The notes under the pieces were generated by a model. That model was not told where the DNA came from and made no database searches. It saw nothing but the letters and a program-made list of their open reading frames with translations. From Fidelibacterota bacterium (lineage in GTDB: Bacteria; Fidelibacterota; Marinisomatia; Marinisomatales; Marinisomataceae), in contig OZ243041.1 of NCBI GenBank assembly GCA_965212055.1, positions 905,551 to 969,550 of the forward strand: 64,000 nucleotides of DNA, given 5' to 3'. The position numbers and the translations under genes were made by a program. Below, piece by piece: positions 29,632 through 40,178 of this stretch (position 1 is the first letter of the stretch; each line of letters opens with the position of its first letter).

Positions 29632-30194
29632 AACGCGTACTCATTAATGATGTCAATGCAGTAGACCAAGTGATTACATCATTAAAAAACAACGAGATTA
29701 TAGTTTATCCAACAGACACAATATATGGGATTGGAACAGACGCAAACAATGATAGTGGTATTCAAAAAATAAATAGTTTAAAACAAAGAACAGGACCAAT
29801 GACAATTATCATCCATGAATTGGAAAACATATTAAACAAAATTGTAGTCAACCCTATATTAGAAGAACAAATGTTAAAAATTGTACATAGTGGAGATACT
29901 TGTATTATATCTTATAAAGAAAATTTTATCAGCAACTTGATTGTGGACAAAGGAAAAGTTGGATTTCGTATTCCGCAACATGCATTCTTAAATGTACTGC
30001 TATCCAATTACGGAAATCCGATTACTAGCACTAGCGTCAATAAAAGCGGCAACCAACCATTAAATGATCCTGATTTCATTGAAGAAGAATTTGGCAATGA
30101 AATTGATTTATTATTGGATGCAGGAATACTACAAAATAATAATCCATCAAAAATTTATGTTTTTGAAGACGATGCAATTTCACAAATTAGATAA
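29628..30194 (+). CDS. tsaC: threonylcarbamoyl-AMP synthase
   Basis: PTDTIYG, KQR, GFRIP, STSVNKSG. Confidence 0.9.
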   Translation: MKRVLINDVNAVDQVITSLKNNEIIVYPTDTIYGIGTDANNDSGIQKINSLKQRTGPMTIIIHELENILNKIVVNPILEEQMLKIVHSGDTCIISYKENFISNLIVDKGKVGFRIPQHAFLNVLLSNYGNPITSTSVNKSGNQPLNDPDFIEEEFGNEIDLLLDAGILQNNNPSKIYVFEDDAISQIR

Positions 30195-30890
30195 ATGTTA
30201 AAAAAAATTATTTTATTAGTAATGATTTCCGCTCTTAATGCTCAATCAATTAGCATTGGAGAAGAATATAAATATGAAGTACGTTTTGGACCTTTGAAAT
30301 TAGGAAAAGCAAGTTTAAAAACTGAAAAAAGCGAAATCATTAATAATGAAGAGGCATATCATTTTCAATTTACTGTAAAAACATCAAAGCTTGGAGATCG
30401 ATTATATAAAATTAGAGATGAGATTAATACTTGGATTAGTAAAAATGATCTCTCTTTAATAAAACAAGAAAAAAATATTAGAGAAAAAAATTTTCGCAGG
30501 CAGTCAACTACCATCATTAACAACAATATTGCAATAACCAATAACAAAGAATATACGTTACCAGGAAAAGTAATAGATCCATATGGGTTAATTATGATAA
30601 TGCGCGATATTAATATCCCAAAAAATAGTTCAAAAAAATTTTTAACAATTGATGAGGGTAAAGTTAGAGAAATTGAAATAAAAAATATTGGCAAAGAAAG
30701 AATTCGTACTCCAGCTGGCAAATTTGATGCATACACATATACACCAATACATAACAATAAATCTGCATTAAAAAATAAGGGTGATATGGAAATTTCTTAT
30801 GCTATTGGAAAAGACAATAAAACCATCCCAGTAAAGATAATAATAAAACTGAAAAGTGGAGTTATTGTTTTAACGCTCAAATCTTACTGA
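30195..30890 (+). CDS. exported DUF3108-like protein
   Basis: Signal peptide, GEEYKYEVRFG, DPYG, TPAGKFDA, IPVKI. Confidence 0.7.
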   Translation: MLKKIILLVMISALNAQSISIGEEYKYEVRFGPLKLGKASLKTEKSEIINNEEAYHFQFTVKTSKLGDRLYKIRDEINTWISKNDLSLIKQEKNIREKNFRRQSTTIINNNIAITNNKEYTLPGKVIDPYGLIMIMRDINIPKNSSKKFLTIDEGKVREIEIKNIGKERIRTPAGKFDAYTYTPIHNNKSALKNKGDMEISYAIGKDNKTIPVKIIIKLKSGVIVLTLKSY

Positions 30891-30930
30891 AATAATATCT
30901 AATTTAAACGCTTCAATACAGTTTTGTTAA

Positions 30931-32319
30931 TTATTCCCAAGCTTCTGGACGACATAAAGGTCGATTAAGAATAGTTTCTTTATATTCTGATTTTGGAAGC
31001 CCTGAATAATAGTCTAAAAAATCATTACCTTTTATTTCGCTGGCACAGTTGTTCTTCTTATAGTAATACATTGCATACGAGCTGGTTACTGTACCACCAA
31101 AAGTATTGGTTCCACTAAATTGGACATAGTATAGTCCATAGGTGTCATCTTGATATAATTTTTCAAAGTCTACTAAGTCAAAAGATTTTGGATTATGCAT
31201 TGTCACTTTAATGTCTTTGATTACTTGGCGTTTTGATGGAGTATTCCAATTTATTCTTGAAAGATCATTAATTAGAAGAAATGCCATCAATGCAAGCAAG
31301 AAATACATTCCAATAGATTGAATACGCATTCTTGTTTTCATAGCTAATGGTTTTCCTAATAACATTTCAATTAATATAACCATAATGTGACCACCATCGA
31401 GCGCAGGAATAGGTAAAATATTAATAAATGCTAAGTTGACACTAATAAGAGCCATCAACATTAAAAATGGAGTAAGTCCAGCTTGTGCTGCTTCTCCAGC
31501 CATTTGTCCAATCATGATAACACTACCAACGTCATCTTTACTGACATTCCCTGTAAAAATCATTTTTAATGAAGTAGTCATTAATACCATTGACCAAATT
31601 GTTTGATCAAATCCATATTGGAATGATTCAATAAAACTTAAATCTTTTATTTCTCTTTGTTTATCAACCCCAAGTTTTCCAATTAATTTATCGACTCTTC
31701 CTGATGCAATATCTGGCGCAGATAATGGGGTAACACTCTTTTGAATTTCACTACCATCTCTAACAATAATCATAGATAATGTTGTATTGGGGTTTTGCTT
31801 AACAATAGTAGTAAAATCCTCCCAGGTATTAACATTGGTATCATTTACAGAAAGTACCATATCGCCTTCATTGAGCCCTCCTTCAAACGCAGGACTATTT
31901 GGAACAACATAATCAATGGTTGTATCATCGTTAACAACAACAGGCTCTCCATTGATTGTCCCAATAATAACAAAAACTAAAAAAGCTAAGAGAATATTCA
32001 TAATTACCCCAGCACTCATAACCCATATTTTCTGTAAAGGAGTTTTTGACTCTAATTCATCGTCAGCACCGGTAAAACCAGAATCCATGCTTTCATCGAA
32101 AATGCCCTTCATTTTCACATACCCACCTAGAGGCAAAGCACCAATAGCAAAAACAGTCTTAGAATTTTTAGGTTGATAATTATAAATGGTAGGTGGCATT
32201 CCGATTGAAAATTTTTCTACTGTTACTCCAACACTGCGGGCAGCTAAATAATGCCCTAATTCATGTACAAAGACAATAACCCCTATTAGAACGATGAATG
32301 CTAAAATACTATAAATCAT
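30931..32319 (-). CDS. rseP: RIP metalloprotease RseP with extra C-terminal domain
   Basis: HELGH, LGGYVKM, PDZ domain, NILPIPALDGG, then about 105 extra residues. Confidence 0.93.
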   Translation of the reverse strand: MIYSILAFIVLIGVIVFVHELGHYLAARSVGVTVEKFSIGMPPTIYNYQPKNSKTVFAIGALPLGGYVKMKGIFDESMDSGFTGADDELESKTPLQKIWVMSAGVIMNILLAFLVFVIIGTINGEPVVVNDDTTIDYVVPNSPAFEGGLNEGDMVLSVNDTNVNTWEDFTTIVKQNPNTTLSMIIVRDGSEIQKSVTPLSAPDIASGRVDKLIGKLGVDKQREIKDLSFIESFQYGFDQTIWSMVLMTTSLKMIFTGNVSKDDVGSVIMIGQMAGEAAQAGLTPFLMLMALISVNLAFINILPIPALDGGHIMVILIEMLLGKPLAMKTRMRIQSIGMYFLLALMAFLLINDLSRINWNTPSKRQVIKDIKVTMHNPKSFDLVDFEKLYQDDTYGLYYVQFSGTNTFGGTVTSSYAMYYYKKNNCASEIKGNDFLDYYSGLPKSEYKETILNRPLCRPEAWE

Positions 32320-33463
32320 GATAATTTGAATCCAAATATACTTTGATTTCTTGATTTAATTGAATTAAATCTTTTGCGCTAGGTTCTTCTTTTGATTGAA
32401 ATTTTTTTACTGTTTTTTCAATGGTTTTTGAAATATCTAGAAAGCTGATTTTATCATTCAAAAACAGCTCTACAACATGGTCGTTTGCAATACTCATAAT
32501 AGGAATACTATTTCCTCCTTCTTGTACTAAATCGATTGCTAGTTGTAAGCATGGATATCGATTCATATCTGGTGTTGAAAAAGTGAATTGATTGATTTCT
32601 GAAAAATTTAATGTCCCAAAATTACCATGTATTCTTTCAGGATACGATAAAGCATATTGAATTGGAACTTTCATATCTGGAACACCTAATTGTGCTTTAT
32701 AAGAATCGTCTATAAACTGAACAAACGAATGAATAATTGATTGAGGATGAATTACAATATCCAGTTGATCAGTATTAATTCCAAATAACCATAACGCTTC
32801 AACATATTCTAACCCTTTATTCATCATTGTAGCTGAATCAATTGAAATTTTATTCCCCATATTCCATTTCGGATGATTTAATGCTTCTTCTTTAGTAATT
32901 GTATCAAATGAATTAAGTGATCTCTCTAAAAAAGGACCCCCACTACCAGTTAATATAATCTTTTTTAACGCATTCTCAGGCTCACCATGTAAACACTGAA
33001 AAATAGCCGAATGTTCGCTATCAACAGGAATAATTTGTGAATCATTATTATCAAGTAATGGCATAATAATATGACCACCCAACACCAAGGATTCTTTATT
33101 ACTTAATGCTAAATCAACATTATTAGAGACCGTGTTAATTGTTGGAATTAATCCTGCGCTACCAACAATAGAATTAATTGTTAAATCAATTTCACTATAT
33201 TGCGAAAGAATATGAGAAGAATCTTCGCCAACAATAAGTTCAATATTATGTTTTTTGCAAAAATCATTTAAAGGATGGGTAGCGTCAATTGTATCAATTG
33301 CTACCTTAGTTGGCATAAATTGTTTGACTTGATCTAATAGAAGATCAGCGCTTTTTTTGCAAGAAAGACAAGAAACTTTAAATTTGTCTTGATGATCATT
33401 AATAACAGATAAAACCTGTGTTCCAACCGATCCAGTAGAACCAAATATAGAAATTTTCTTCAT
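32309..33463 (-). CDS. dxr: 1-deoxy-D-xylulose 5-phosphate reductoisomerase
   Basis: GSTGSVG, NKESLV, PVDSEH, SGGPF, KISIDSATMMNKGLE. Confidence 0.96.
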   Translation of the reverse strand: MKKISIFGSTGSVGTQVLSVINDHQDKFKVSCLSCKKSADLLLDQVKQFMPTKVAIDTIDATHPLNDFCKKHNIELIVGEDSSHILSQYSEIDLTINSIVGSAGLIPTINTVSNNVDLALSNKESLVLGGHIIMPLLDNNDSQIIPVDSEHSAIFQCLHGEPENALKKIILTGSGGPFLERSLNSFDTITKEEALNHPKWNMGNKISIDSATMMNKGLEYVEALWLFGINTDQLDIVIHPQSIIHSFVQFIDDSYKAQLGVPDMKVPIQYALSYPERIHGNFGTLNFSEINQFTFSTPDMNRYPCLQLAIDLVQEGGNSIPIMSIANDHVVELFLNDKISFLDISKTIEKTVKKFQSKEEPSAKDLIQLNQEIKVYLDSNYHDL

Positions 33464-33470
33464 TTAGTAA

Positions 33471-34244
33471 TTAAATGATACCGCGTTGACTATTTTCTAT
33501 AAAAGAAACAATTTCTTTAATATTTTTATCTTTTTTGAATTCATCTTTGATTTTTTTTAGAGAAACTGAAGCATTTAAATCAGATCGAAAATAATATTGG
33601 TAAGCTTTTTTTATGATTGTGCGTTGTTTGCTTGAAAAATCTCTTCTTTTTAAACCAAGAGAATTAATGCCTGTATATTTAACAGGATATTTACCAGCTA
33701 AAATAAATGGAGGGACATCTTGAACAATTTTAGAATTTGCAGCTAGCATAACATGTTGTCCAATCTTACAAAATTGATGTACAGTACTCGCTCCTCCTAA
33801 AATAGCCCAATCACCTATTTCAACATGTCCCCCAAGCGCAACTAAGTTCACAAGAATGGCGTTATTCCCTATTTTACAATCATGGGCAACATGAACGCCT
33901 GTCATAATTAAAACATCATCTCCAATAACAGTTTCTCCGCTTGCTTTAGTCCCTCTATTGAGAGTAACAAACTCTCTAATAACTGTACGTTTTCCAATAA
34001 TAAGTTTGCTTTTTTCTCCACCAAATTTTTTATCTTGAGGAATAGCACCAATGCTACTATTGTGAAAAATACGAGCATGCGCTTTGATTTCAGTATATTC
34101 ACCGATGGTATTAAAATTGCCAATGGTCACATTAGTGCCAATAGTCACATTGTCTTCAATTACGTTATAAGCACCAATTGTTACATTTGAACCAATTTTT
34201 GCTTTTTTTGAAACAATGCTTGTTGGATGTATAGTTGTACTAAT
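33471..34244 (-). CDS. lpxA: UDP-GlcNAc acyltransferase LpxA, probable ATT start
   Basis: PQDKKF, IREFVTLNRGT, HVAHDC, HQF, QDVPP. The conserved IHPTSIV N-terminus lies upstream of the called GTG. Confidence 0.93.
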   Translation of the reverse strand: MSTTIHPTSIVSKKAKIGSNVTIGAYNVIEDNVTIGTNVTIGNFNTIGEYTEIKAHARIFHNSSIGAIPQDKKFGGEKSKLIIGKRTVIREFVTLNRGTKASGETVIGDDVLIMTGVHVAHDCKIGNNAILVNLVALGGHVEIGDWAILGGASTVHQFCKIGQHVMLAANSKIVQDVPPFILAGKYPVKYTGINSLGLKRRDFSSKQRTIIKKAYQYYFRSDLNASVSLKKIKDEFKKDKNIKEIVSFIENSQRGII

Positions 34245-34254
34245 AATTAACCTC

Positions 34255-34686
34255 TTATTTATCTACTGCCGTTGCAAAAAATTCTGCTGTTGCTACTTGT
34301 TTTTTATCAACAAAACATTCAACACTCAATTTAAAGGAATTCATTTTATGTTGTAACAATTTTGCTTCAATATAAAGTTGGTCCCCCGGAATGACATTTT
34401 TATGAATCTTAAAATTTAATACTTTAGATAAATAGACTAATTTTTTGGAGGGATTATCCACAAAATCTGATATAATTAACGAACCAGCTTGTGCCATTGA
34501 TTCTAAAATTAATACTCCTGGAAAAATCGGTTTTTCTGGAAAATGTCCTTGAAAATATGGTTCATTAATGGAAACATTTTTTATAGCTTGGAGTGATTTT
34601 TTCTTATCCCATTTAATTACTTTATCTATCATTAGAAAAGGATAACGATGAGGTAAAATTTTTAATAATTCATCAATATTTTTCAT
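34255..34686 (-). CDS. fabZ: 3-hydroxyacyl-ACP dehydratase
   Basis: LPHRYPFLMID, GHFP, PGVLILESMAQ. Confidence 0.95.
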   Translation of the reverse strand: MKNIDELLKILPHRYPFLMIDKVIKWDKKKSLQAIKNVSINEPYFQGHFPEKPIFPGVLILESMAQAGSLIISDFVDNPSKKLVYLSKVLNFKIHKNVIPGDQLYIEAKLLQHKMNSFKLSVECFVDKKQVATAEFFATAVDK

Positions 34687-35609
34687 TTTTTAAACTGATT
34701 TTTAAATTCTTTTCTTAACAATTTTGCAAATTCAACATTTCCTTTATGTCCACTTTTGATAGCAGTAATATGTCCTAATATCGGCTTACCTAATAATGCT
34801 AAATCTCCAATAAGGTCTAATGTTTTATGTCTAACAGGCTCATTTCTAAAACGTAATACCTGAGTTTTATGTAAACCTCTATCTCCTTTGAAAAATTTAA
34901 TTCCAAATCTTTCTTTAAAAATCTTTACTTCTTCATCTTCAATATCTTTATCCACAATAATAACAGCGTTACCTAAATTACCTCCTTTAATAAGTCCTTG
35001 TTTTGCCAATCCTTTAATTTCACTTAATAAACAAAATGTTCTTGCTGGAGCAATCTGAGTTTGATAATTCTGAGACATATTGTGTACCGATGAATACTGT
35101 ACATCTAAATCTTCAAGATCATACTGAATGGTAAATGTTGTTTTAAAACCATCATATGGCACCCCTACAACTTCAACATCTTTTTCTTCATCAGTATATA
35201 CAACAGGTTTTGTTATTTTTAAAAAATCTACATCTGCCTCTTGTTCGACTATACCAGATTCTACTAATGCTGAAACAAAATCTTTAGCACTTCCATCCAT
35301 CACAGGCGGTTCTTTACTATTTAATTCAATAAGTAAGTTATCAATTCCCATTCCAGCACATGCAGATAATACATGTTCTGTAGTATGAACTTTTATTCCA
35401 TTTTCTTGAATAGTGGTCCCTCTAGTTAAATCAATAACATTATCTAAATCTGGTGTAACATATTGGTCTGCTTTATCGGTGCGAAGAAATTTAATTCCGA
35501 AATTTTCAGGGGCTGGATTGAAGGTGATAGTACTTTCTACCCCGGTATGTAATCCAACGCCAGTACAAGACACTGGGGCTTGAATTGTCTTTTGCTTTTT
35601 TCTTGTCAT
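34683..35609 (-). CDS. lpxC: UDP-3-O-acyl-GlcNAc deacetylase
   Basis: GVGLHTG, TEHVLSA, DGSA, ARTF, HKTLDLIGDL, SGH. Confidence 0.95.
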   Translation of the reverse strand: MTRKKQKTIQAPVSCTGVGLHTGVESTITFNPAPENFGIKFLRTDKADQYVTPDLDNVIDLTRGTTIQENGIKVHTTEHVLSACAGMGIDNLLIELNSKEPPVMDGSAKDFVSALVESGIVEQEADVDFLKITKPVVYTDEEKDVEVVGVPYDGFKTTFTIQYDLEDLDVQYSSVHNMSQNYQTQIAPARTFCLLSEIKGLAKQGLIKGGNLGNAVIIVDKDIEDEEVKIFKERFGIKFFKGDRGLHKTQVLRFRNEPVRHKTLDLIGDLALLGKPILGHITAIKSGHKGNVEFAKLLRKEFKNQFKK

Positions 35610-36550
35610 TCTTTAATTAATTTTTTTAAGCGCTTTTCTAAAATTTCTACTTTAGTAAATACAGCATCACGTTTCTGTTTTTCTTTAATTTCTCTTGCCG
35701 GATTTCCTGCATACATCTGATTGCCTTTTACAGATTTTAATACAACTGATCTTGCAGCAAAAATTGATTTTTCTCCCACAATAACATGCGGTCCAACATC
35801 CACTTTTCCACCAAGCATTGAATAAGCGCCAATAGTAACACTTCCCCCAAGAAATGTACCGCCTGAGATCAAACAACCTTCCTCTACTGTAACATTATGA
35901 GCAATATGAACTTGATCATCCATTTTACAAGAATCTTTAATAACAGTATTTTTTACTGACCCCTTATCGATTGTACAATTTGCACCAATTTCTACCATAT
36001 CACCAATAATTACACTTTTAATATGAGGAATTTTATGGTGTTTATTATTAATAGTCGCAAAGCCAAATCCATCTGCCCCAATAATGGCACCAGAATGGAT
36101 TAAACAATCTTGACCAATTTGAACATCATTATATATCACAACTTGAGCACCAATTATGGTACCGCTTTTTATTGTAACATTATCTCCAATGACAGAAAAA
36201 GGCCCAATAGTAACATCTGAATCAATTGTAGCAGATTCTGCAATAACAGCATTAGGATGAATAGCATGTTTAAGATCTTGATTTTTGGAAAATAAAGTAA
36301 GGATTGTTATCATCGCCAGATAGGGCTGTTCAACAACAATGCCATTATAGCCTGCTAAATCTTTTTCAGAATCAGAAACAAAAGCAGATGCTTTAGAGGA
36401 TGACATCTTTTTTTGGTATTTAGGTAAAAAAGAAAATGTTATTGAACCTTCAGATGCTTCATTAATATCATCAACAGAAGCAATTTGAACTGAAGAATTA
36501 CCAACAACTTTCCCCTTTACTTTTAAAGCAATTTGTTCAAGAGTAAGCAA
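35606..36550 (-). CDS. lpxD: UDP-3-O-acylglucosamine N-acyltransferase
   Basis: Hexapeptide repeats, GADGFGF, EIGANCTIDKG, QVHIAHNV. Confidence 0.95.
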   Translation of the reverse strand: MLTLEQIALKVKGKVVGNSSVQIASVDDINEASEGSITFSFLPKYQKKMSSSKASAFVSDSEKDLAGYNGIVVEQPYLAMITILTLFSKNQDLKHAIHPNAVIAESATIDSDVTIGPFSVIGDNVTIKSGTIIGAQVVIYNDVQIGQDCLIHSGAIIGADGFGFATINNKHHKIPHIKSVIIGDMVEIGANCTIDKGSVKNTVIKDSCKMDDQVHIAHNVTVEEGCLISGGTFLGGSVTIGAYSMLGGKVDVGPHVIVGEKSIFAARSVVLKSVKGNQMYAGNPAREIKEKQKRDAVFTKVEILEKRLKKLIKE

Positions 36551-36562
36551 GGAAATCTCGGG

Positions 36563-37078
36563 TTATTCTGTAGAGCTATTTTCTTCGTTTAATTTTCTTA
36601 ATTCAGTAAGAACATCATCAGTAATATTAAGCTTAGGATTCACATATAGCGTTGCAGCGCTTCCATCAATCACAATAGTATATCCGTGTTTTATTGCGAC
36701 GCTTTCTACAGCTTTCTTGTATTTCTGAATTAACTCATACTCAAGCGCTTGTTCTTTTTTAGAAAGCTCATTATTAAAGACTAAAGAATAATTTTGCATA
36801 GCCTGCTGCATCTCAATGATATCTGTTTCTTTTGCCTTTTTCAGTTCTGCAGACATTTTAAGGCTATCTTCGTTATATTCTTTTCCCATGCTGTCTAATT
36901 CGGCTTGCATGGCCTCAAATTCTTTGATCTTATCTCCGAACTCTAATCTTAACTGCTCCTCAACATCTTTAAACTCTTCATATTCTAGTACAATTCTTTC
37001 ACTATAGACTACACCAATTTTTTCTTGTGTAAATGATATAGATATCAATAATACCAAAATAGCTATTTTTTTATACAC
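36563..37078 (-). CDS. skp: periplasmic chaperone Skp/OmpH
   Basis: AAGGAG then GTG 37078; signal peptide, KIGVV, coiled coil, NITDDVL; between bamA and lpxD. Confidence 0.85.
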   Translation of the reverse strand: MYKKIAILVLLISISFTQEKIGVVYSERIVLEYEEFKDVEEQLRLEFGDKIKEFEAMQAELDSMGKEYNEDSLKMSAELKKAKETDIIEMQQAMQNYSLVFNNELSKKEQALEYELIQKYKKAVESVAIKHGYTIVIDGSAATLYVNPKLNITDDVLTELRKLNEENSSTE

Positions 37079-37089
37079 TTTATTCTCCT

Positions 37090-39468
37090 TTAGTACGTTT
37101 GTCCAAATGTTATTGTATATTCCCATCCGTTAGGGTTACCATCACCTGTAATATCGTCAAATCCATATCCCATATCAAATCCTAATAAACCAATCCCTGG
37201 CATAAAAAATCGAACACCTACTCCAGCAGATTTTTGCATTGATAGAGGCCCATGTCTATCTAAGTAAAAAGGTTCAGACATAGAACTGGTATTCCAAACA
37301 TTCCCCATTTCGGCAAATGTCATAAAATAAATGACTGGGTTCTCAGATAATGGATATCTTAATTCAGTAGTAATTTTACTCATTGCATTTCCACCAACAG
37401 CCTGTCCTGACGTTGTTTGTGGACCAACAGAATTATCTGGATACCCTCTTAGGGCATTCCCATATGGTATTCCGTTTCCTCCCATAATGAATCTTTCATC
37501 AAATGGAATAAAGCTTTGGGTATCGTCGCCTACATTTAATGTTTTTATAACCCCAACTTTCAAAGAACTATATAATACAAATTTAGAAAATGTAGGTGTA
37601 AACCAGTCTAAATCCAACACATGCTTTTGGAAATTTTCATTTCCTCCTAATACTCCACCAGAATATGTTGTTTCGACCTGAAATTTTGACCCTCTGGTTG
37701 TAAATTCTGCACGATCTCGGCTATCCCTAGCAATTACTTGAGATAAGCTCAATCCTCTGGTTTTTTGTAAACCTCCTAGATAAGATTCAATATCGGTTTC
37801 AGATCCATCATATTCTTTTTGCATAACTCTTGCAGACCACATTATACGGAAAAAATCATCTGGCCATTCTAGGCGTCTACCAAAACTAAAAGAACCTCCT
37901 GCAACAGTAAAATCTAGCGGGAAATAATAGTTGGTTGAAGATCCTCTATAAGAATAAAATAATGAACCTCCAATTAGATACGGACTATCATTAACCATAG
38001 GATCTTGGAAAGTTAAATTGAAAGAACGATATTTTGATGGATCTTGATTGGAATAAAATGAGAAATTAGTACCTGTACTCATTCCAATATTAAATCTTTG
38101 TCCACGACCCATAAAATTATCAAATTCAACTCCTGCACCACCCGTCATACCATATTCACCGGTAAATCCAAGATTCGCATTAATTCTTTGGGTAGATTTC
38201 TTTTCTTCAACAATAAAATCTAAGTCTACTTTATCTTCTGCAACCGGATTAACATCTGGAATAACATTATCAAAATAATTTAAAATCCAAATATCGCGCT
38301 GACTGCGCATTAGTTTTGCTCTACTAAATACATCTCCAGGAAATAATTTTAATTCTCTGCGAATAATATTTTCTCTTGTTCTTTCATTCCCAGAAACAAA
38401 AATGTTGTTTATATAGACCTTACTACCTTCATTAAAAATAAAATGAACATCAATTGAATCTTCACCGACAGGAACAACTTCTGGAATTACATTACTAAAA
38501 ATATATCCCTCATTGTTATAAAGACTCATCATGTCTTCAAAAACATTTTTTTCAAAATTTTCTCTTGAAAACAAATCTCCTTCTTGTAGACCTAGAAGTA
38601 TCTCTAATTTTTCAGAATCAACAATTTCATTTCCTTCAAATGTAAAATTGCGATATTTATATTTGTTACCCTCATTGATTGTTACAAATAATGTTAAAGA
38701 AAGATCTTCTTCGTTTACAACTAAAGTATCTTTTAACACATTAAAATCACGATATCCTTCATTTTGATAAAATGTTTTTAAGAGTTCTTTATCTTCTTTA
38801 AACGATTTTTCATTGAAACTTTTCACCCAAAAACTATACCATTTTCGCTCTTTTGTATCTTTAAGTTCTTTTTTTAACTTGCGATCTGAAAAATTATCAT
38901 TCCCGACAAAATTGATATTTCTAAGACGAAATTTATCATTTTCTTTGATACTAAAAATAACATCTCTAGCGTACTCATTGCGCACTAAGGTGTCTTGTGG
39001 AACTTCAATAGATGCTTCAACTTCCACAGAAAAATACCCATCTTCATGATAAACTTCTTTAATCTTTTCTTCTGCTGAAGACAGGGAATTTGGTCTAATC
39101 CTTTGTCCAATACGTAAATCAATTTTATCAGTAAATCGCCCTTCTCTTACTGAATTTCCACGAAAAATAATATTATTGAGCGTTGGGCTTTCTTTAACCT
39201 TAATAGTAATCTCCACTCCATACTCAGACTCATTGTTAAGAACAATATCAATATCATCAAATAGATTAAGATCCCATAACCGTGTTAAGGCTGTTGAAAT
39301 ATCTGCTCTCTGTATTTTGGTACCATCTCTTAGACCGGCAGAATATTTAATCATTTTATCAGAAGTGGTCACATTCCCTTCGATATTAACACGATACAGA
39401 TTTACTTCCTGAGTAAATACAGCAGTAGTTAATAAGAAAAAAAGAGCAAACGTGTATTTGTTAATCAT
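37090..39468 (-). CDS. bamA: outer membrane protein assembly factor BamA
   Basis: POTRA repeats (GN..T...IRRE), LRGY, barrel C-terminus. Confidence 0.95.
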   Translation of the reverse strand: MINKYTFALFFLLTTAVFTQEVNLYRVNIEGNVTTSDKMIKYSAGLRDGTKIQRADISTALTRLWDLNLFDDIDIVLNNESEYGVEITIKVKESPTLNNIIFRGNSVREGRFTDKIDLRIGQRIRPNSLSSAEEKIKEVYHEDGYFSVEVEASIEVPQDTLVRNEYARDVIFSIKENDKFRLRNINFVGNDNFSDRKLKKELKDTKERKWYSFWVKSFNEKSFKEDKELLKTFYQNEGYRDFNVLKDTLVVNEEDLSLTLFVTINEGNKYKYRNFTFEGNEIVDSEKLEILLGLQEGDLFSRENFEKNVFEDMMSLYNNEGYIFSNVIPEVVPVGEDSIDVHFIFNEGSKVYINNIFVSGNERTRENIIRRELKLFPGDVFSRAKLMRSQRDIWILNYFDNVIPDVNPVAEDKVDLDFIVEEKKSTQRINANLGFTGEYGMTGGAGVEFDNFMGRGQRFNIGMSTGTNFSFYSNQDPSKYRSFNLTFQDPMVNDSPYLIGGSLFYSYRGSSTNYYFPLDFTVAGGSFSFGRRLEWPDDFFRIMWSARVMQKEYDGSETDIESYLGGLQKTRGLSLSQVIARDSRDRAEFTTRGSKFQVETTYSGGVLGGNENFQKHVLDLDWFTPTFSKFVLYSSLKVGVIKTLNVGDDTQSFIPFDERFIMGGNGIPYGNALRGYPDNSVGPQTTSGQAVGGNAMSKITTELRYPLSENPVIYFMTFAEMGNVWNTSSMSEPFYLDRHGPLSMQKSAGVGVRFFMPGIGLLGFDMGYGFDDITGDGNPNGWEYTITFGQTY

Positions 39469-39470
39469 TT

Positions 39471-40178
39471 TCAACTTAATACCTTACCATATTTTCTTTT
39501 TCGTTGTCCAAAATCATTTAAGGCAGAAATTAAATCATCTTCCGCAAATTCAGGCCAATTTTTTTTACTAACATAAATTTCGGAATAAGCAGATTGCCAT
39601 AATAAAAAATTGCTTAATCTGTTTTCTCCTCCAGTTCTAATAATTAAATCTGGGTCTGGCATCGTAGGAGCATATAGATAATTTTTAAAAATTTCTTCAT
39701 CTATACGCTTATTGTCAGACGTAATAATCTTGTTGATAGCATCCACAATTTCTTGACGACCACCATAACTAAGAGCCAATGTTAACACTAACCCAGTATT
39801 ATTTTTTGTACTTTCAATAACATCCATAATTAATTCCTGTAATTCGGCCGGTAAATCCTCTAATTTTCCAACGATTTTTAGGGCAATATTGTTCCTATTT
39901 AACTTCTCTAATTCATTTTTTAAACTAGACGACAATAGGGACATTAAACTACTAATTTCATCTTTAGGTCTTTGCCAGTTTTCTTTAGAAAAAGTATAAA
40001 GTGTTAAATGAGGAATTTCTAGACGAACACACGCTTCTACAATATTTCTGACTGTTTCTACTCCTTGGATATGACCTGATAATCGTTTCATATTTTGGTT
40101 TGTAGCCCATCTACCATTTCCATCCATTATAATACCAATATGGATAGGCAAATTATTATGTTCTAATTTTACACTCAT
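39471..40178 (-). CDS. uppS: undecaprenyl diphosphate synthase
   Basis: IMDGNGRWA, FSKENWQRP, IRTGGENRLSNFLLWQ. Confidence 0.96.
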   Translation of the reverse strand: MSVKLEHNNLPIHIGIIMDGNGRWATNQNMKRLSGHIQGVETVRNIVEACVRLEIPHLTLYTFSKENWQRPKDEISSLMSLLSSSLKNELEKLNRNNIALKIVGKLEDLPAELQELIMDVIESTKNNTGLVLTLALSYGGRQEIVDAINKIITSDNKRIDEEIFKNYLYAPTMPDPDLIIRTGGENRLSNFLLWQSAYSEIYVSKKNWPEFAEDDLISALNDFGQRKRKYGKVLS

